Assembly: GCA_001655205.1 (NCBI GenBank)
Contig: LPNZ01007939.1
Location: forward strand, 1 to 58,398
Length of the DNA: 58,398 nucleotides
Direction: 5' to 3'
Source: Lenisia limosa
Taxonomy: Eukaryota; Protista; Breviatea
The translations under genes were made by a program, and so were the position numbers. Below, in pieces: positions 43,201-56,960 of this stretch. Every line of letters starts with the position of its first letter. Positions within the stretch are counted from its first letter, which is position 1. The notes under the pieces are model-generated. The model made no database searches and had not been told where the DNA came from. It was given only the letters and a program-made list of their open reading frames with translations.

Positions 43201-46200
43201 AAGACGCCATGCAAGCACGAAGCAAACCGAGGGTTTGGTGAGGATGCTGAACTTGAAGGCCTCGTCATCGGGTGCTCGGCTCTCCCACAGCGGCGTGGCC
43301 GTGACGGCGTAATGCGGCGACGGCCGTTTGTTGAGCACCACGTAGTCGCCAATGGAGTAGGCCACGCGGCCGGCCTCTCCGTCGATAAGATAGAGGGAGT
43401 GGCCGCGGACACCGCTCATGCGCAGCTCCAGGAAGGTTTGGTTTTGCTCAATCAGTTCGAGCTGTGGGGCTGTTAAAACGATACAAAGGGCGTATCTTCA
43501 TGGTACTATGATATGCATTATCATATCACTTTTTGGATCATTTTCACACGTGTGAACTATCATTTTCCACGCAGTGAGATGATACCTCATTTCCACTCGT
43601 ATGTAAATTGACCGACAAGTCTCAATGATACTCTGATACTCTCAGAATGAACCCTCGTATTATCTTCGTTCATTATTTCGACTCGAAAGTCGGTCATATG
43701 ATCATATCACTACTGGATATGAGTTAAAATTCGTTTAACAATGTATTCTATATCATATGTGAAAATTATATCACAACGTATGATCATATCATATGCTACG
43801 AATAGATGCATATGATATACTATACATACGATATAGTATATTATATGATATACAAGTAAGGTAGGTGATATAGCCTACTTGGAGGAAAACAATGTCCCAT
43901 TCGCAGAGCCACACCCAGTCGTCAAGTCCTGTGGTTGAACTGCCCTTTGCTGCATGACCTTCAATCACCTAGGGTGTAAGGTGATTGAAGTGGGGTTCAC
44001 ACCGATATAAAAAGACAGAAGAGAGAGTTGTCTTTATCGAAGAAAACAGAACAAGTCCCCACCTGTTGCCTCAGAAGCGTGGTGGACGCTTGTGCCAGTT
44101 CCTCGTCAATGATGTTACCGACAATCAGGATGGAGACCACGCTGTTCACGACCTTGTTTGGTTAGCCATGTCAAAGCAGAATAAAAAGTGTCTCTGATTA
44201 CATTGCAGTGGTGACCCTGGCGATACCTTGTACTGTTCGCTGTTGGTGCGCAGGATAAGGGACGGGAACGTCAGGACAAAGCGAGACGCAAACTCGAGCT
44301 CCACTTTAAGTTGGACCGCTGCCGCGTGACAAAACAGTTGGCAGTAGTATAGGTGACACAGTTTGTAGTAGTATACAGGTGACAACACAGTTTGAAGTAG
44401 TATATAGGTGACAACACAGTTTGTAGTAGATAGGTGATAGTATAGGTGACAACACAGTTTGTAGTAGTGGCAGTAACGGCAGATTGCACTCACCAGACTC
44501 CTTTGGTGGGTGGTAGACATACGACAGATAAGTGGCCGTGACGGAACACTCGTCAGACACGCGTTGCCCCAGGATGGCTTCTTGACCCACAGCCCACACG
44601 CCGGTATCTGGGTCCGTGTCCTGGATGGGTGAGGCCTAATAGTCTTGAATTAGGTATGCATAAAACAATAGATGATCGATCCATAACATTAAAAATAAAC
44701 GCGAATATTCTTCCGTTTTTATGAAACACATGGTTTTACATGATATGATACATGGCCCTATTCAACATTATCCTCTACAACGCACCTGCGCAGTGCTCCA
44801 CTTCAGCCACGGCGGCGGCAAGTCAGGGTCATGTTGGCCTGCAATTGCCCAGATCTCAATGCCCTCGATGTTGTATTTCGTAAGCCACAATGCAAGCTTG
44901 CCGAGAGCGCCTCCAATACAGGGCTTTGCAGGGGACCACATGATGTCGACTTCACCATGCCGTCCTGAGCCGTCATTGTCGGCACCATGGGTCCGGAAGA
45001 GAAGAGGACACGATAGATACTGGGGCCTACCAGCCAAAATGACGGACGCTGCAGTGGCATCCTGGCGCACAGCCTCGGGGTCTCGGAAGGCGATCTGAGG
45101 ACGGCCTACGGAATCAGAGCCCAAACGTCATACTAAAAACCAAGAAAATTTAGATGACACTATTAAAAATGTGAGCTCCCCGGGTCCCAACAGACTGGGT
45201 GTAGCGATACAATATTGGTATATCCAACAGGACCCACCTAGACGAAGTCGCATGTGCGGCATGAGGTCTGGAAGCTCTGACTGTCGCCAGTTGCCTGAGG
45301 CTTCTTCCTCCTCCTGACTCTCTTGGCCTGTGCGTTAAGTCAAGCACATTTTATATTAATAGGCTAGACAAAACAAAAGAAACACGTGTAATCTTAATTA
45401 TTTTTGAATATCGTAACATTGTGATGAGGATACCTTCCACTTGGCTTGAGCGGTAATCTGATGAAAGAAGAAGCGACAGCAGGGGGTCTGCCTTCGCTGG
45501 AGTTTGGGGTTTCGGTGAGACAACCGGTGTTGACGCGTTAGACAAAACAGGCCTTCTTCTGAGGAGGAGGGGGGGTGTTAAACAAACAACATAAGACTGT
45601 GATCAGTCCATCTTCACTTTGGGTCCCACAAAAGATGTCACCAGAAACATTGACATTTGTTGACACCCGGGCCTACCGGCGCATTCGACCTGTGCCGACG
45701 GCTGTGGACGGATGGTCGGCAAAGGAGGCAGGTGAGTGGAATACGTCATCAGTTGACGGCGACTCCGGCGGCGACGCAGGCGACTGGTCAAGATCCGTGT
45801 CGGCAGGGGCGTACTTGGTTGCAAACCACATGTTGACGGCATCAATCCAGGTCAGCACCAACGTTCTTGTTTCAATCGTCCAGTTCACCTTACGGTCAAT
45901 GGGGGAAAGGAGTTCTTACGGTCATGTCAGGGATATCGAAGAGATGGACGAACTCATCGTCCTTGCAGTAGCCTTCGGAAGTGCTGCTGGTGTCTGACGC
46001 CGCACGTGGTCGTGTTCGTCTGGAGGGGGGGAGGGTATGGGTACTTGGTATGAAACACATTTTGGCTTTGCTTTAAATTATGTTTATTTGAATAACCAAA
46101 AGGGGAACCTATGGACTATGCAAAATCAGGTTATTGTTGGAAATGCTGAAAATGAAGGCAAAAAGGGCAACAATTCCCACCGTGGCTTTGGCGGTTCCTC

Positions 46201-49200
46201 TTCCTCTGCATGCTGGTCCTCCTATAGGGTTATTGCCAAGGGAAGGCCTACCGAAATAACAAAAGACGGCACCGGGAAATTGAGGTACGCTGAGGGCGGG
46301 GCAATTCGGTTTGATATGGGTGTCTTTGGAGGGGATGGAGAGAAGAGAGGCTGAAGATTATGAATTTGACGGTACTGAAGATATCGCACCATCGGGGTCA
46401 GTAGATCGGCATCAGTGCCTTCAAGCCAGTCGTCAAGATCGCTGTCACTTGAGAGATGCTGAAAACAGGGTCACTGCATTTCTTTCCACCCGAAATAGAA
46501 ACGAGGGCCCTGAGATAGCTCGCCAACCTCCTCGCCATCATGGACGTTTTTGGTGTATTGCAGTTTGGGACACGCCATGAACACTTCACCGGGGTACTCG
46601 TCCACAACGCACTGCCACGCCTCAGCCCACGAGCGCGCTGCTTTTGGCGTAAACGCCGCAATCTCTAGGATAGAGAATGTGGCTTTCCCTGCCGTCATCT
46701 TCCATTGCTCTGGGGAGTGAAGAGGGTAATAAAGCACAAATCGCGCGTGGGGGGGGGGGGTCACTTCGGTAAACGAATTTCAGATCCCTAATATCCGACA
46801 AGCCCATGCCTCCCAGTCACCTGCAGCGGGGCGCCTGGTTGTGAGCTGCTTCTTGACAATCGGTCGGGGGTCCTCGTCTAGCGGACCAACAGCCACGCAC
46901 AACATGGCCTGGATTGTGAAAGCAGGGCTATCAATTCAATTCCGAGATTTTCAAATTAAAGATCTTTGACAAAGAATAACGCAAATTTCGAACTCATTGA
47001 AGTAATTACATACTTTCCATTATGAAGGTTTTATTACAACCAACTTGAACCAGGGCCCACTCTTGAGTCATCAATGGTCACAATAGCGCCGGTGGGGGCT
47101 GCAGGGTCTTGCCATATCTCAAATACGGCCCGGGCCCAGCCAACTTGAAGACTCACCTAGAGGGGTAACAAGGCATGGATATAACAGTGTTCCTCTTTAT
47201 CCCTCTGCCAACTTCTCTAATGGCTTTAGAGAGGCTGATGGTTGGTCGGACGAAGGATGGCGGGACGAGATGGAGGTCTCTGTTGACGGAAGACGGCGCC
47301 ATGATGGACCTGATCAGTGACGTCAGCGCCAGATCAAAGAACTCGACTCACTTGTAGACTTCCTCGAAAGCCCGTTTGGCGTGAAGGTCCACGTAGAAGC
47401 ACGTCAAGGCAACACCTTGAGTGTCACTGTTTGAGAGCGATAATGCCATATTAAATAACAATCTGGGAATGCAGAAACAAATCATCGGAATTCTTGCGCA
47501 TACCATCATTGTCAACAAAGCCCTCGCCCAACAGTGTGCAGTCCAGACCGAGCCAAGGCAGCTATACGGTCAACTAAAAAAGCAACGGGCCAACCGTTCT
47601 GTTCTCTCTAGCCTGCGGGTACACAACCGCCGGGATGACACGAAGGGCCATTGTCGGCGCCTCGAAGGTCGGCACTGATCCAACTGAATCGTCAAACCAC
47701 TGTGTTGCATGGCAATGTCAGCCAGATAGTTGCCACCAGGCCCGCACTATTAATACGGAATACACAGGGGGTACATACCTGGAATGGGGGAGTCTTCAAT
47801 AGGGCTGGAGTCAACACGAGGCGTGGACGACGCGAACGCCATCGCTTTTGGCGTGATGAAGAGCGCGCCTCCTTGGGACGACATCCGCAAATAGCTACTT
47901 TCCTTATACGGCGAATCGGATGCATGGACTTTTAGTTCGGGCTAGAAAGGAGTAAGCAGTATATACTAGGGAAATCAAGTCTTAAAAGGCACCCTCACGT
48001 GTTCTAGATGTACAGCCATTCTCAGGGTAACTTTGGAAGGGAATGTTTCCCACCACTGTTTCGAGCAAAACTGTTCGTTCTAAGGAGTCATAATGGCCTT
48101 AACAGAACGCAATTTGGGGCTAAAAGCGTCGCACTTACCGTAGATAAAGGGATGAATTTGTCGATAGCGTTCACAAATGAGGTGATGGTGGAACTGTAGC
48201 ATGTCCCATAGTTGACCTGGTGATGTAATTTGCGGCGCTTATTAGCCTTGACTTAGTCATATCATATCATCTTTACCAACAAGTATGTTATTTTCCCACT
48301 ACCATTGCATTTGTCAAAACGGCCTTAGAGTCCACAACATACGGGGCCGATCTTAGTAGGTGGTTCGGAGTTCTGAAACCGTTAGTTTCATTATATTAAC
48401 TTATATGCATAATATTATACTTATGTGAGAAAAAGAGCCTCAGGAGGGCAACAGCGAGCCAACCTTCTGGCAACAACAGCTTCGATTCGCGATCGATCGG
48501 CAATGAAAAGGGGGTCTGCATAGTCCCTTAGATCCACAGCTAGGTGAACAAACGAAAAGTCAACACCCCATACAGCCCAGTCTAGACTCGTGGCACCCAT
48601 GTCAGACTGTGATATAAATAAGAGATTGAAATGCTAGGTGTGTAGTGAAATGCCAGGTGTGTAATGCTAGTTTTATTGTGGTAAGAAGCCACAAACCTGG
48701 AGAGCAGCAGCCCACTCAGCGGCAGACCTTGCGCGATGAGATACTGCGTCCACCACCATGGCGGCAAGACTACACGATGGCGACACCTAAGCATCAGATA
48801 GTCAGATTGGTGAAATATCTATTATCTTTGTTGAGAAATCCGGATCAAGATGTTAGAATCGGCTAATAAAAAGGAAATGGCGTGAGTTGGCCATATTGGA
48901 CTTCCTAGTTGAGCAAACCAAAACAGGCTTGTCTCGTGATAAGCACATTAGCGAGTCATCCGAGCCAACAGCATGCCACATTTCGCCATCTGCAATGTCT
49001 GAGAGTACTCCGCGACCGGGCGCCATAACCAAGTCAATGTTTGCTAATATGTCAGCTAATGAAGTGGCTTGCATACCCAGTTTGATAGTTGCCAGCGGTA
49101 CTGACAGGCCAGCTTCCACAACCGCTCGAGCGCGCTTGATGTAGGTTTCCGAATTTTTGAGTCGGAGGCCTCGGAAGAGGGACTCAATCTGTTTAGTGAG

Positions 49201-52200
49201 ACCTTTATATATCTGGTACGCAGTATGGGCATTCTCAGGTGGACAAGACGAGACAAATAACGACTTAGCATAGCACCATGAAAGAGCTACCCATGACCTG
49301 CTACATCCCCGCCCCTGCCACCTCAGAAAGGTGTAGCGCCGCATCAGCCTGATCAAGGTGGCTGCGTAACAAAAGGTCTCTCTCCTCCCGTTCAGCTGCC
49401 TCGGCCGCACCAACTCGGAAGATGGCTGCAAGCCTCGACTGCAGCGTTAGCATACCAAGGTTTTAGTGGTAAGATCAGTACCCCTCAAACTTGCATTGGG
49501 TTGTCTAATAATGCAACAGTCAAATCAGTGACACGCAACCTGGTGATGTGTAAGAAGGACAAAAAACAATCCTTGAATCTTGGCAGTCGGGTTGACCGAA
49601 CAAAGGAGGTTTACTATATTATATGCAGTTTGAGGAATTGGTCTGTTTTAGGAATGGATGGAAGCCAAACCTGATGCCTGAAGGGAGCGAGTCAGTGGCA
49701 GGAATGACACGTCGGTAGTACTGTTGCAGCCGCGACTGTGGTATCAATTACAGGGTACGGGGCAACGCTAATGAAGAGTATTGTGTAAAATTCCTTTGGT
49801 CCGACACATATGGATAGTTTTTGACAATTCCCCAAAAAGCCCCTCTTCTTTTTCAACCTAAGTGAAACATTCACTGCAAATCCCTCATTCCCCACTCACA
49901 ACATTTGCATGGAACTCATCATGAATGGCCTGCACAGCGTCGACCACGACGGCGCCGGTCAGCCACAGCCACTCGTCGTTGAGGCACTTGGCAAACAACG
50001 TCGAAACTTCAATCAAAAGGCCTGGCGAGGCTTGAGCCTTGGCCCCTCCAGCTTGAGACTATGGGGTAAGTGTTTCTCGAAATGAGAAATAAAAATGAGT
50101 AGCGAGCAAAAGCCTTCAACACCACCACATTATTAGGGGCTGGATATATGGAATTGGCGTACCTGAGCGTGGCGCCAGCGCGCTCTTCGATCTCCAGCAA
50201 CGTCGGAAGACGGTCGGAACTTGGCCAGATCCAGTTCAACAAAGGAGCCCCAGGGCCCCGGCACGCGGCTGACACGCGCGGCTTGCGTCCGCTTATCGCC
50301 AGCCTCAGCCTCTTTTTGCTTCGGCGGCGGGGTGTCGACCGGTGAGGCCAGATGCGAGGGCGGCGCCGGACTGGGGTTATTGAAGTTGTACATGGGGAGC
50401 TGGTCAAAGTCCGGCCCGTTGAGCAGTTGGTCCAATGTCAGCGTCGATTCATCGACGAGTGGCTTCTTCGGCGAAACCACGATAACGGGAACCTTGGGAA
50501 CCTGGGGGAGTGAGCGACACGTAAGATCAAGAGCAGTACCGGTGGAGACGAGAGATTGGGCTCAGGCGCAGCCTCATCCGACGGCAAGACGGAAAAGGCG
50601 TCTTCAGACCCCGGTGGCGCAGTAGCTCTCAAGCCCAGCTCCTCACTCGCTGTCAGAAGCGTGCCAAATTCGAACCTGGGGGGGGGGGTGAGCAATGTGC
50701 TGCTCTGCTTTCCTTCCCGAGCTCCCACTTTTTGCAGTAAAGTACACATTTAAAATACGCCATAAAACAGGAATCAGAACCGGTAAGACCACAGGAAAAG
50801 AGAGGCCTCACCTTCCCTCCAGAGTAGCGGACGGTTTGATGCGGACGTCGAACTCGAGTGACTCCACCAGACCCAGGACTGACGTGGGGCCTGTCTGCTT
50901 CCCTGAAGGTGTGACATAATCAAGACAGTGAAATCTAGGGGTGACTATTTAACCATGGGTGAGTGTTTCAGGACTGGTCTGGCTGGTCTGCATATCTCAT
51001 TTCAGCTCACCATGATAAACATAGTTGCTTCTGATTTCCTTCGCCATGTGTTCCGGCACGGAAAGACTAACACAGACTTGGTCGATCTAGGGAACGTGAG
51101 CACTTGATCTGCCGTATTTCTTCGTACCTTCGCCTCGATCCAAGACATGCCATCTTGTATACCGAGAGAGGAGAAAAGAGGCTCATGCAAGTCCGGTACT
51201 TCAGTTGGGTTTTGCTGAAAGGTGAGAGAAGGATGGGGGCGTACGTCAATGAAAGTGGCGCGACGTTTGCGCTCCCTCTTCTTCTTATCAGGGCTGTTAG
51301 TGGTGGCTTCGTGGGGCCTACGAGACATGATTCAAGGGTGATGATAGGGCCTCACTCCACGGCTGAAAAATATCGGTAATAAATAGATACTATTCGAGGA
51401 TTTATCGAAAAAAATTTCAGATTGAGAGGTGAAGCTCTGAGTGGCATATCAAAGTGTGAAATACCTCTATTTTAGATCATCATCCTTTGATCTGTTCAAA
51501 CCTTGCGTGTCTCAAAGCAGTCGTTAGACCTGCGATGGCCGATAAAAGGCCCTCAGAGACGAGGATAAACGCTCCTTGTGCCGCGGGTGACCATGACATC
51601 CCAACTTTTTTGACTGCAAACTCCTAGTACATTACATTCATCGTATGTTGGAATGAGAAATGAGAAAAATAAGTCACATGCAATCAAAATCGCAACGGAG
51701 ACGCCAACCTTGACATGCTCCCTGCGGTTGTTCTGTAAATGCGTCCAGTTGCCTTGATTGAGACTGAGATCCCAAACGCACACAATGGCTTCTTCCGTCA
51801 GGCTGTCGCCAGCGTATCTGGGGAGGGTGTGTGAGCAGAGAAGAGCGTATCTGGGGAGGGTGTGACCATGGGAAAGTATCGGGAGAGGGTGAGCGTACTG
51901 CGGAGATTCGGGCTCAATTGGCGGTGTGAAGTACTTCGGTGACGTGAGGTCGAACTGGGGGCTGGCCACATTCAACTCGGACGGCTCTTCTCTCCTTCGG
52001 ATGTGCAAACACAAAGACTTGATTTCGGCATGGTCGGCATTGAGTCTCAAAAAACCTTCAATGTCAGTCACTGATTTCGACAAGAGTGCGAAAAGAGGTT
52101 GAAAAAGAACAGTGATACGAATTCGCCAAATCATTCTTCCTGCACTTCCATATACAGAGCTCCCTATTGCCCCTTGAGCTAATAAAATAAATGGGAATAG

Positions 52201-55200
52201 TAATGAGTATTCCTTTGTGTCTGCAATATTTATTATGTTGCAATAATCCCTAACTACTTTCCCCATACCAATTGTGACGTCACTTGCAACAAGGACCAAC
52301 GTAGTGCTGCGCGGCGGGCGGAGGGAGCTGGTGTTTAGGTCATCTGTAGTGTTCGTCTCCTCCTGTCCGGGTTATGAAACATTCAACATAGTTATAAATG
52401 AGAGCTGTGTGCGATTGCTATGTGAAATATTACATAAGGTTAGTTAATTATAAAATGCCGGTACTCGACTATTTCTAAGCAAGTAAGGCACAAAGGTGAA
52501 GGCCACCAAAGCAGCGCGCACCTGGTCAGTGAACTCGATCTCGATGCCCGTGATGGTGACCTTGACCGGAGTATGTCCGTCCCAAGGTCTGCGTGTCCAC
52601 CAGTCATTGTCGTCATGCTCCAAGGGGAGGCTTTTAGCAAGCGGGCTACTTATTTAAGAACCGAAAGGTAGTATCTGGCCAAAGCCGTACACACCATCAT
52701 GCTTATAAGTCTCATAATATGATTGCGTTTTGTAATACTACAAGGAATTATAGCCAATTCCTTGATCGCTATCCCCTAGCAACCTGGGGGTGGGGGGTGC
52801 AAAGAGGCCCTGCAGACTTCTTGGTGGCAGGTCCATACACTTATCCCGGCTACTATGATGTTACTACTGTTCCTGGCAGGACCACGGAAAGATTGAACAA
52901 AGAATTATTGTTATTGCAACTCCTGATTGACCCTCAAACCCATTGCCATGCCCATTGGTGACTGGGGTAGTTGGAACGCTGCTGACTGCGGACGGTGTTG
53001 TTGTCTCCGACTCCTGTGTGATCAAACATGTCTATATATCATTTGAAGATGGGTCAGGGGCCTCAAATGTGGAATGCACAAACGGACCGTAGTTATTCCT
53101 ACTTGGGATGTTTTAGATGTAGCAGCTGTCTTACTGACGAACAACGGCTGAAGAGCCAACATGACTTCCCAAGTTGATGTCACTGCGGCCGCCATCATAT
53201 GTGACCCCAGAAGGTGCGCTCCTACATCAGTGAAATCTAAGGCTGAACTGCTCTGTAATCGTGAGTGGAGGGCTGATTTGAAATTGTCTTAATATCGGCA
53301 CTGTATCTGTCTTTCTTTATCAAGATGAAACTCATATCACAAGAAGAAATTGCCCAAAGCCCACCTTCCAAGTGGATATTGCAGGAGTCAGCAGGAGCGT
53401 CAGACGTTTTCACTCCTCGGTACTCCCAATTATGCGTCCAGTCTGCCTGCAGCGTCTTCACAGAAGCGAGTCGCGATGTCATGTCCTCGCCAGGTATGGC
53501 TAAACTCAGCGATGCGTCCGCCAACTCCAGCATGGCCTAAAACGGTCACTTCGCTTGTCCAAAAGACTGAATCCCAACACCACTCCTTGACACTACATAC
53601 CTGAAAAGATGCGGTGGACACAGCCGCTTCGGGAAGAGTCAGCGCCTCATCAGCAGGCCGCAGAAACGTCACAAAGTCCGACCTCATAGTTTTGGCCTGG
53701 CTCGGCTGTCCAGTCCGCGCGGCTTCCACTCCAACCTGTCGTGAGATTCCAGGTCGAAGAGTTGGAAATTGTATTTGATTTCTTGATAATTTCTTGGTAA
53801 ATATTTCGGAAATGTGAAATAAAGTTATGCTTACAACTACAAACCCCTCTCCCACCTGTACCAAAGACACGCGGGTTGTAGCAATTGAAGACTAAACAAC
53901 GTCAGTTTATCAACGCAAGAAGCACACCAACCTGTTCTCCAGGCGGAATGAATCCCAAAGAGATGTCGGAAGCGCTGAGCAGTAGCGATAGAGACACGCC
54001 AGAAGGGAACGCTGCGTCCACTGCCACCGCCAACGGCCTTCTCCCTCCTGCAGGTTAGAATCATGAACAAGACGAATACTATATGAAAATAAAACAAGGT
54101 CATATAAAACAAAGGTCTTCTCAACTGTCAAAAAATGACATAAATTCCACATCATTTCCCCTGTCTTTCGGAAGTAAGGCAGCTCAAGACAGTACCTGAA
54201 GAGGCACTTGAGGGCAGAGCAGAAGAGAGGGCGGCAACAAGGTCCAGGGAGAGTGCCAGCGCTTCGTTGACAACAACGTCACATCTCGTGAACCTTTGGG
54301 GCTGTGAGGCATGGCATTGCGTCCAGCTTTGTGGGTATGACCTGGCTTACCGATACGTAGAGACGACAACCAGCATGGCCTCATCTTCGACCTCGTTCAC
54401 CTCTGTTCATTAGTAATGCTCGTGAGTATGTCAAGGACTACCCCCCCCCCCCNNNNNNNNNNNNNNNNNNNNNNNNNNNNNNNNNNNNNNNNNNNNNNNN
54501 NNNNNNNNNNNNNNNNNNNNNNNNNNNNNNNNNNNNNNNNNNNNTTCGTAAACTGCCGCCTCGCAGACTGCCTTGCGTCTTCATGACTGGCAGCTGGCTC
54601 TCCACTACAATTCGAGACTACACCGTAACAGCCTCCCAACAAAGGCCTGGGCTATACCCCCTTGGCGTACTTGGATTGTATGCCTCCCAGCATTTATGAT
54701 TGGAATTGGGAATACTTCTGTTGCTGAGCTCACAACAACAACCGGGCCTATGCATATTAGTTTTGAGGGATTTAATATCATAAACAGCATCAAAACAGGG
54801 TCCCAACAAACCGGCTACTGTGAAGTCGAAAAGAACTTCCAGATCATCATTCTCCTCGGATCTAAATCATAATTAGATTGTTGGCATAGTTTTGCCAGCC
54901 AGTTCCCCTCAAACTTGCGCAGCGATGAGTCCAACCCCTTGAATGAGGCTGAAAGCTGTGTGCCTTTGGCGTCCAAAGAGTCTACGCGAACCTACAATGA
55001 TCAACAACGGCTTCACTCCAATCAGGAATCAACGGTATTTATCTATTTAGGAAGAAGTGGAAGCATTTATTCTGTGCATTAGAGCTGAATTAATATTTGA
55101 GAAAATGTCAAGCTGTTATCACGTTGAAAACTTGCACCATCTCACCTCGTCAATATTGATGGTGACCTCGGACGGAAGCTGGTCCATGGTGTCGCGAAGA

Positions 55201-56631
55201 ACTAGGGCATAAACTGCCAAAGAACCCGGGTCCTACTTGCAACTTTAGACTGTCGTTTAGTCGGCCCCTTAGTGGAGGTGTAGTACGCCTTGAAGTAATG
55301 CTCGACAACACCCTGCGATGCCGTCAAGATGATGGCGCCCGAACAGACACTGAGAGAGTCCAATGTGGGGGGACCGTTGGCGTTCAGGTCCAGTTTGGTC
55401 GTCACCATCAAGCTTAAAACCTATGATGTAACTTTAGTTTTGAGGAGTGTCAGCTAAAAAAATGGAGTAACTGGCCGAAGATCATGTTGCGAGTTATTTA
55501 TTGTTTTCAACTAATAACAACTCTGAAGTAATTCATGACATTTGATTATGATATTATTGATATTAATTCCAACCACCCACCTTTGTCACTTCCGCCATTC
55601 GCGAGTTATTTTTCTAGGAATGTGATAAATGGTATTGAAGCAAGAGGAAAGGAAATGGGCATATTATTTGATGCAGTTCATATCTGTTGAATAGATATTG
55701 TATAACTTATCATAATTTGTATTAACAATATTTGACAAAAAAGGCTGTACTATACTCTAGAAATTTCCCAAAAGTTCTTCCTTGGGTTGAAGATTTGGTC
55801 TGCTCCACATCACATCCCCCTCCCCCACTCCAAATCCAACGAAATACGCGGCCGGACCAAGACAGAGCTTGGCACTCACAAATCCACGTTTCGGTTCGTA
55901 TCTGCTGTGTAAGAGGACTGCTGGGAAAGCTGAAAATGTAGTGCAAGCCCTCCCACGTGATGGAGGATGAAATGGACTCGAAGCGGAACTGCCTAGCTCC
56001 GGAGTTGAGCAGCACTTGGCTGCTGTTGATCTCGACGACGCAGTACTTGGACAGCCAGGAAAGGCATGTCTGCAGCGGCTTCGGGATGGAGTTCAGCTGT
56101 CGTCGCACCAGAGAAAGAACCTTGGCTTGGGTCTTGCTGTCCTGAAGAGGTAATTAGCCGTCGAATATTATCAACATGAAAGGCTATAAGGAATGTAGGG
56201 AGTAAGACGGACTCCACCCAAATAGGCAACAGTCATGGATTGAATTTCCAAGGTAAATGGGAATGCCCCATGTGACACCGTATTCCCACCGATTGCTTGT
56301 CAGCCGCATCATCAGCATCATCATCGTTGTTGATCTTGACGTCAACTTCCAACGCCACGCCAACCACGCGTATCACAAGCCGCGTCCACGAGAAATGGAA
56401 CGCCACGTGCCCAAGCTTGCAGAAGAAGCCCAGTCCTGACTCCCCTCCATAGTTCCCAAGGTATACTCCGGACACTTTAAGAAATGATATCTTCTCAATG
56501 CCTCTAAGAGTGGGAAAGACGTGTGACGTCAGGCGGGATGTGAATGCTGCAAATTGGGCGGGGAGGAAGAGGTAGCATGTTAGGGGGAAGAGCAGTAGAG
56601 TTGCCCAAACCCCCAAAATTATATTCAACAT
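40287..56631 (-). CDS. BLTP2: Bridge-like lipid transfer protein 2 (KIAA0100 / FMP27 / Hobbit / SABRE family), many exons
   Basis: N-terminal TM anchor plus beta-rich start (MLNIILGVWATLLLFPLTCYLFL..., ATG at 56631). Family motifs appear in the expected order: VDLRDYADPLF (48502-48540), KQWWETF (~48070, GFWDK/WWDK-equivalent), LKVHASDSPY (~47900-47940), ILTKPSVAGIAVY...APLKVSMTRDLGRQVWRFF (~42900-43260), NNISFEQVAIPKVKINLSWRG (41265-41330), LDFDDWPVTISPLAYTDLICSW (~40930-41000, Apt1-like). Recalled against human and yeast orthologues, not searched. Confidence 0.85.
40731..40792. repeat. Short interspersed intronic repeat, family C copy 1
   Basis: atgagaaata...aagattgtatctggccgaagccttcaacaccatcacgcttatag; related copies at 50082, 52671 and 57812. 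Confidence 0.8.
43495..43860. repeat. AT-rich insertion enlarging a BLTP2 intron; probable transposon relic
   Basis: Intron several times the usual length, with repeated tatgatcatatcat motifs and no ORF. Confidence 0.45.
44343..44468. repeat. Intronic minisatellite, ~28-31 bp unit, 4-5 copies
   Basis: tataggtgacaacacagtttgtagtagta repeated head to tail with small indels. Confidence 0.9.
50082..50135. repeat. Family C repeat, copy 2 (diverged)
   Basis: atgagaaataaaaatgagtagcgagcaaaagccttcaacaccaccac, in a BLTP2 intron. Confidence 0.6.
51345..51439. mobile_element. hAT-like MITE family A, copy 6 (intronic, diverged)
   Basis: Ends tagggcctcactccacggctgaaaaa / gagaggtgaagctctg; shared core tcgaggatttatcga. 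Confidence 0.75.
51811..51875. repeat. ~33-bp tandem duplication within the BLTP2 locus
   Basis: agcgtatctggggagggtgtg twice, followed by a degenerate third copy. Confidence 0.8.
52671..52710. repeat. Family C repeat, copy 3
   Basis: gtatctggccaaagccgtacacaccatcatgcttataag, in a BLTP2 intron. Confidence 0.8.
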
Positions 56632-56960
56632 TGTTGATCTCTCTAAGAGTGGCAATTACAGCCAAGGAGAGATGTTTCAATTTACATTTGAATGCACTCA
56701 AGACGACTGTTGTATCTGCCATAAAAATAGATTATACATATAAAATTTTTTTTAATGACGGTAGCAACAGACGATTTCAAGGGGCGATCAGGGCCATTAG
56801 CATCCACAATTGGGTGGCGGTGGCGTGTTAATTTTGGAAGGGTTTTGGTTTTGTGATGTCTCGTGTTCTTCTTGAATAAATAGTTTAATATAACGACAGA
56901 GGATTTAAGATTAATTTACAAAAGCCTTTTTGCAGGCAACCGTATAAGAGAGAGCCTAAA

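Noticed and set aside
43159-43419. Separate WD40-like gene starting MSGVRGHS
   Set aside because: The frame is open upstream (QTFLELRM) and continues into the BLTP2 C-terminal motifs.
44343-44468. CRISPR-like array of ~30-bp repeats (also 58130-58232)
   Set aside because: Units are directly adjacent with no unique spacers, sit in spliceosomal introns, and there are no cas genes: ordinary minisatellites.
48853-49431. SDIADGEMW as a CACTA-type transposase motif, or APG...VGSDDS as a PIN/XPG nuclease
   Set aside because: The exon is spliced in series with flanking exons just upstream of the BLTP2 LRDY motif; catalytic acidic residues are missing and there are no TIRs.
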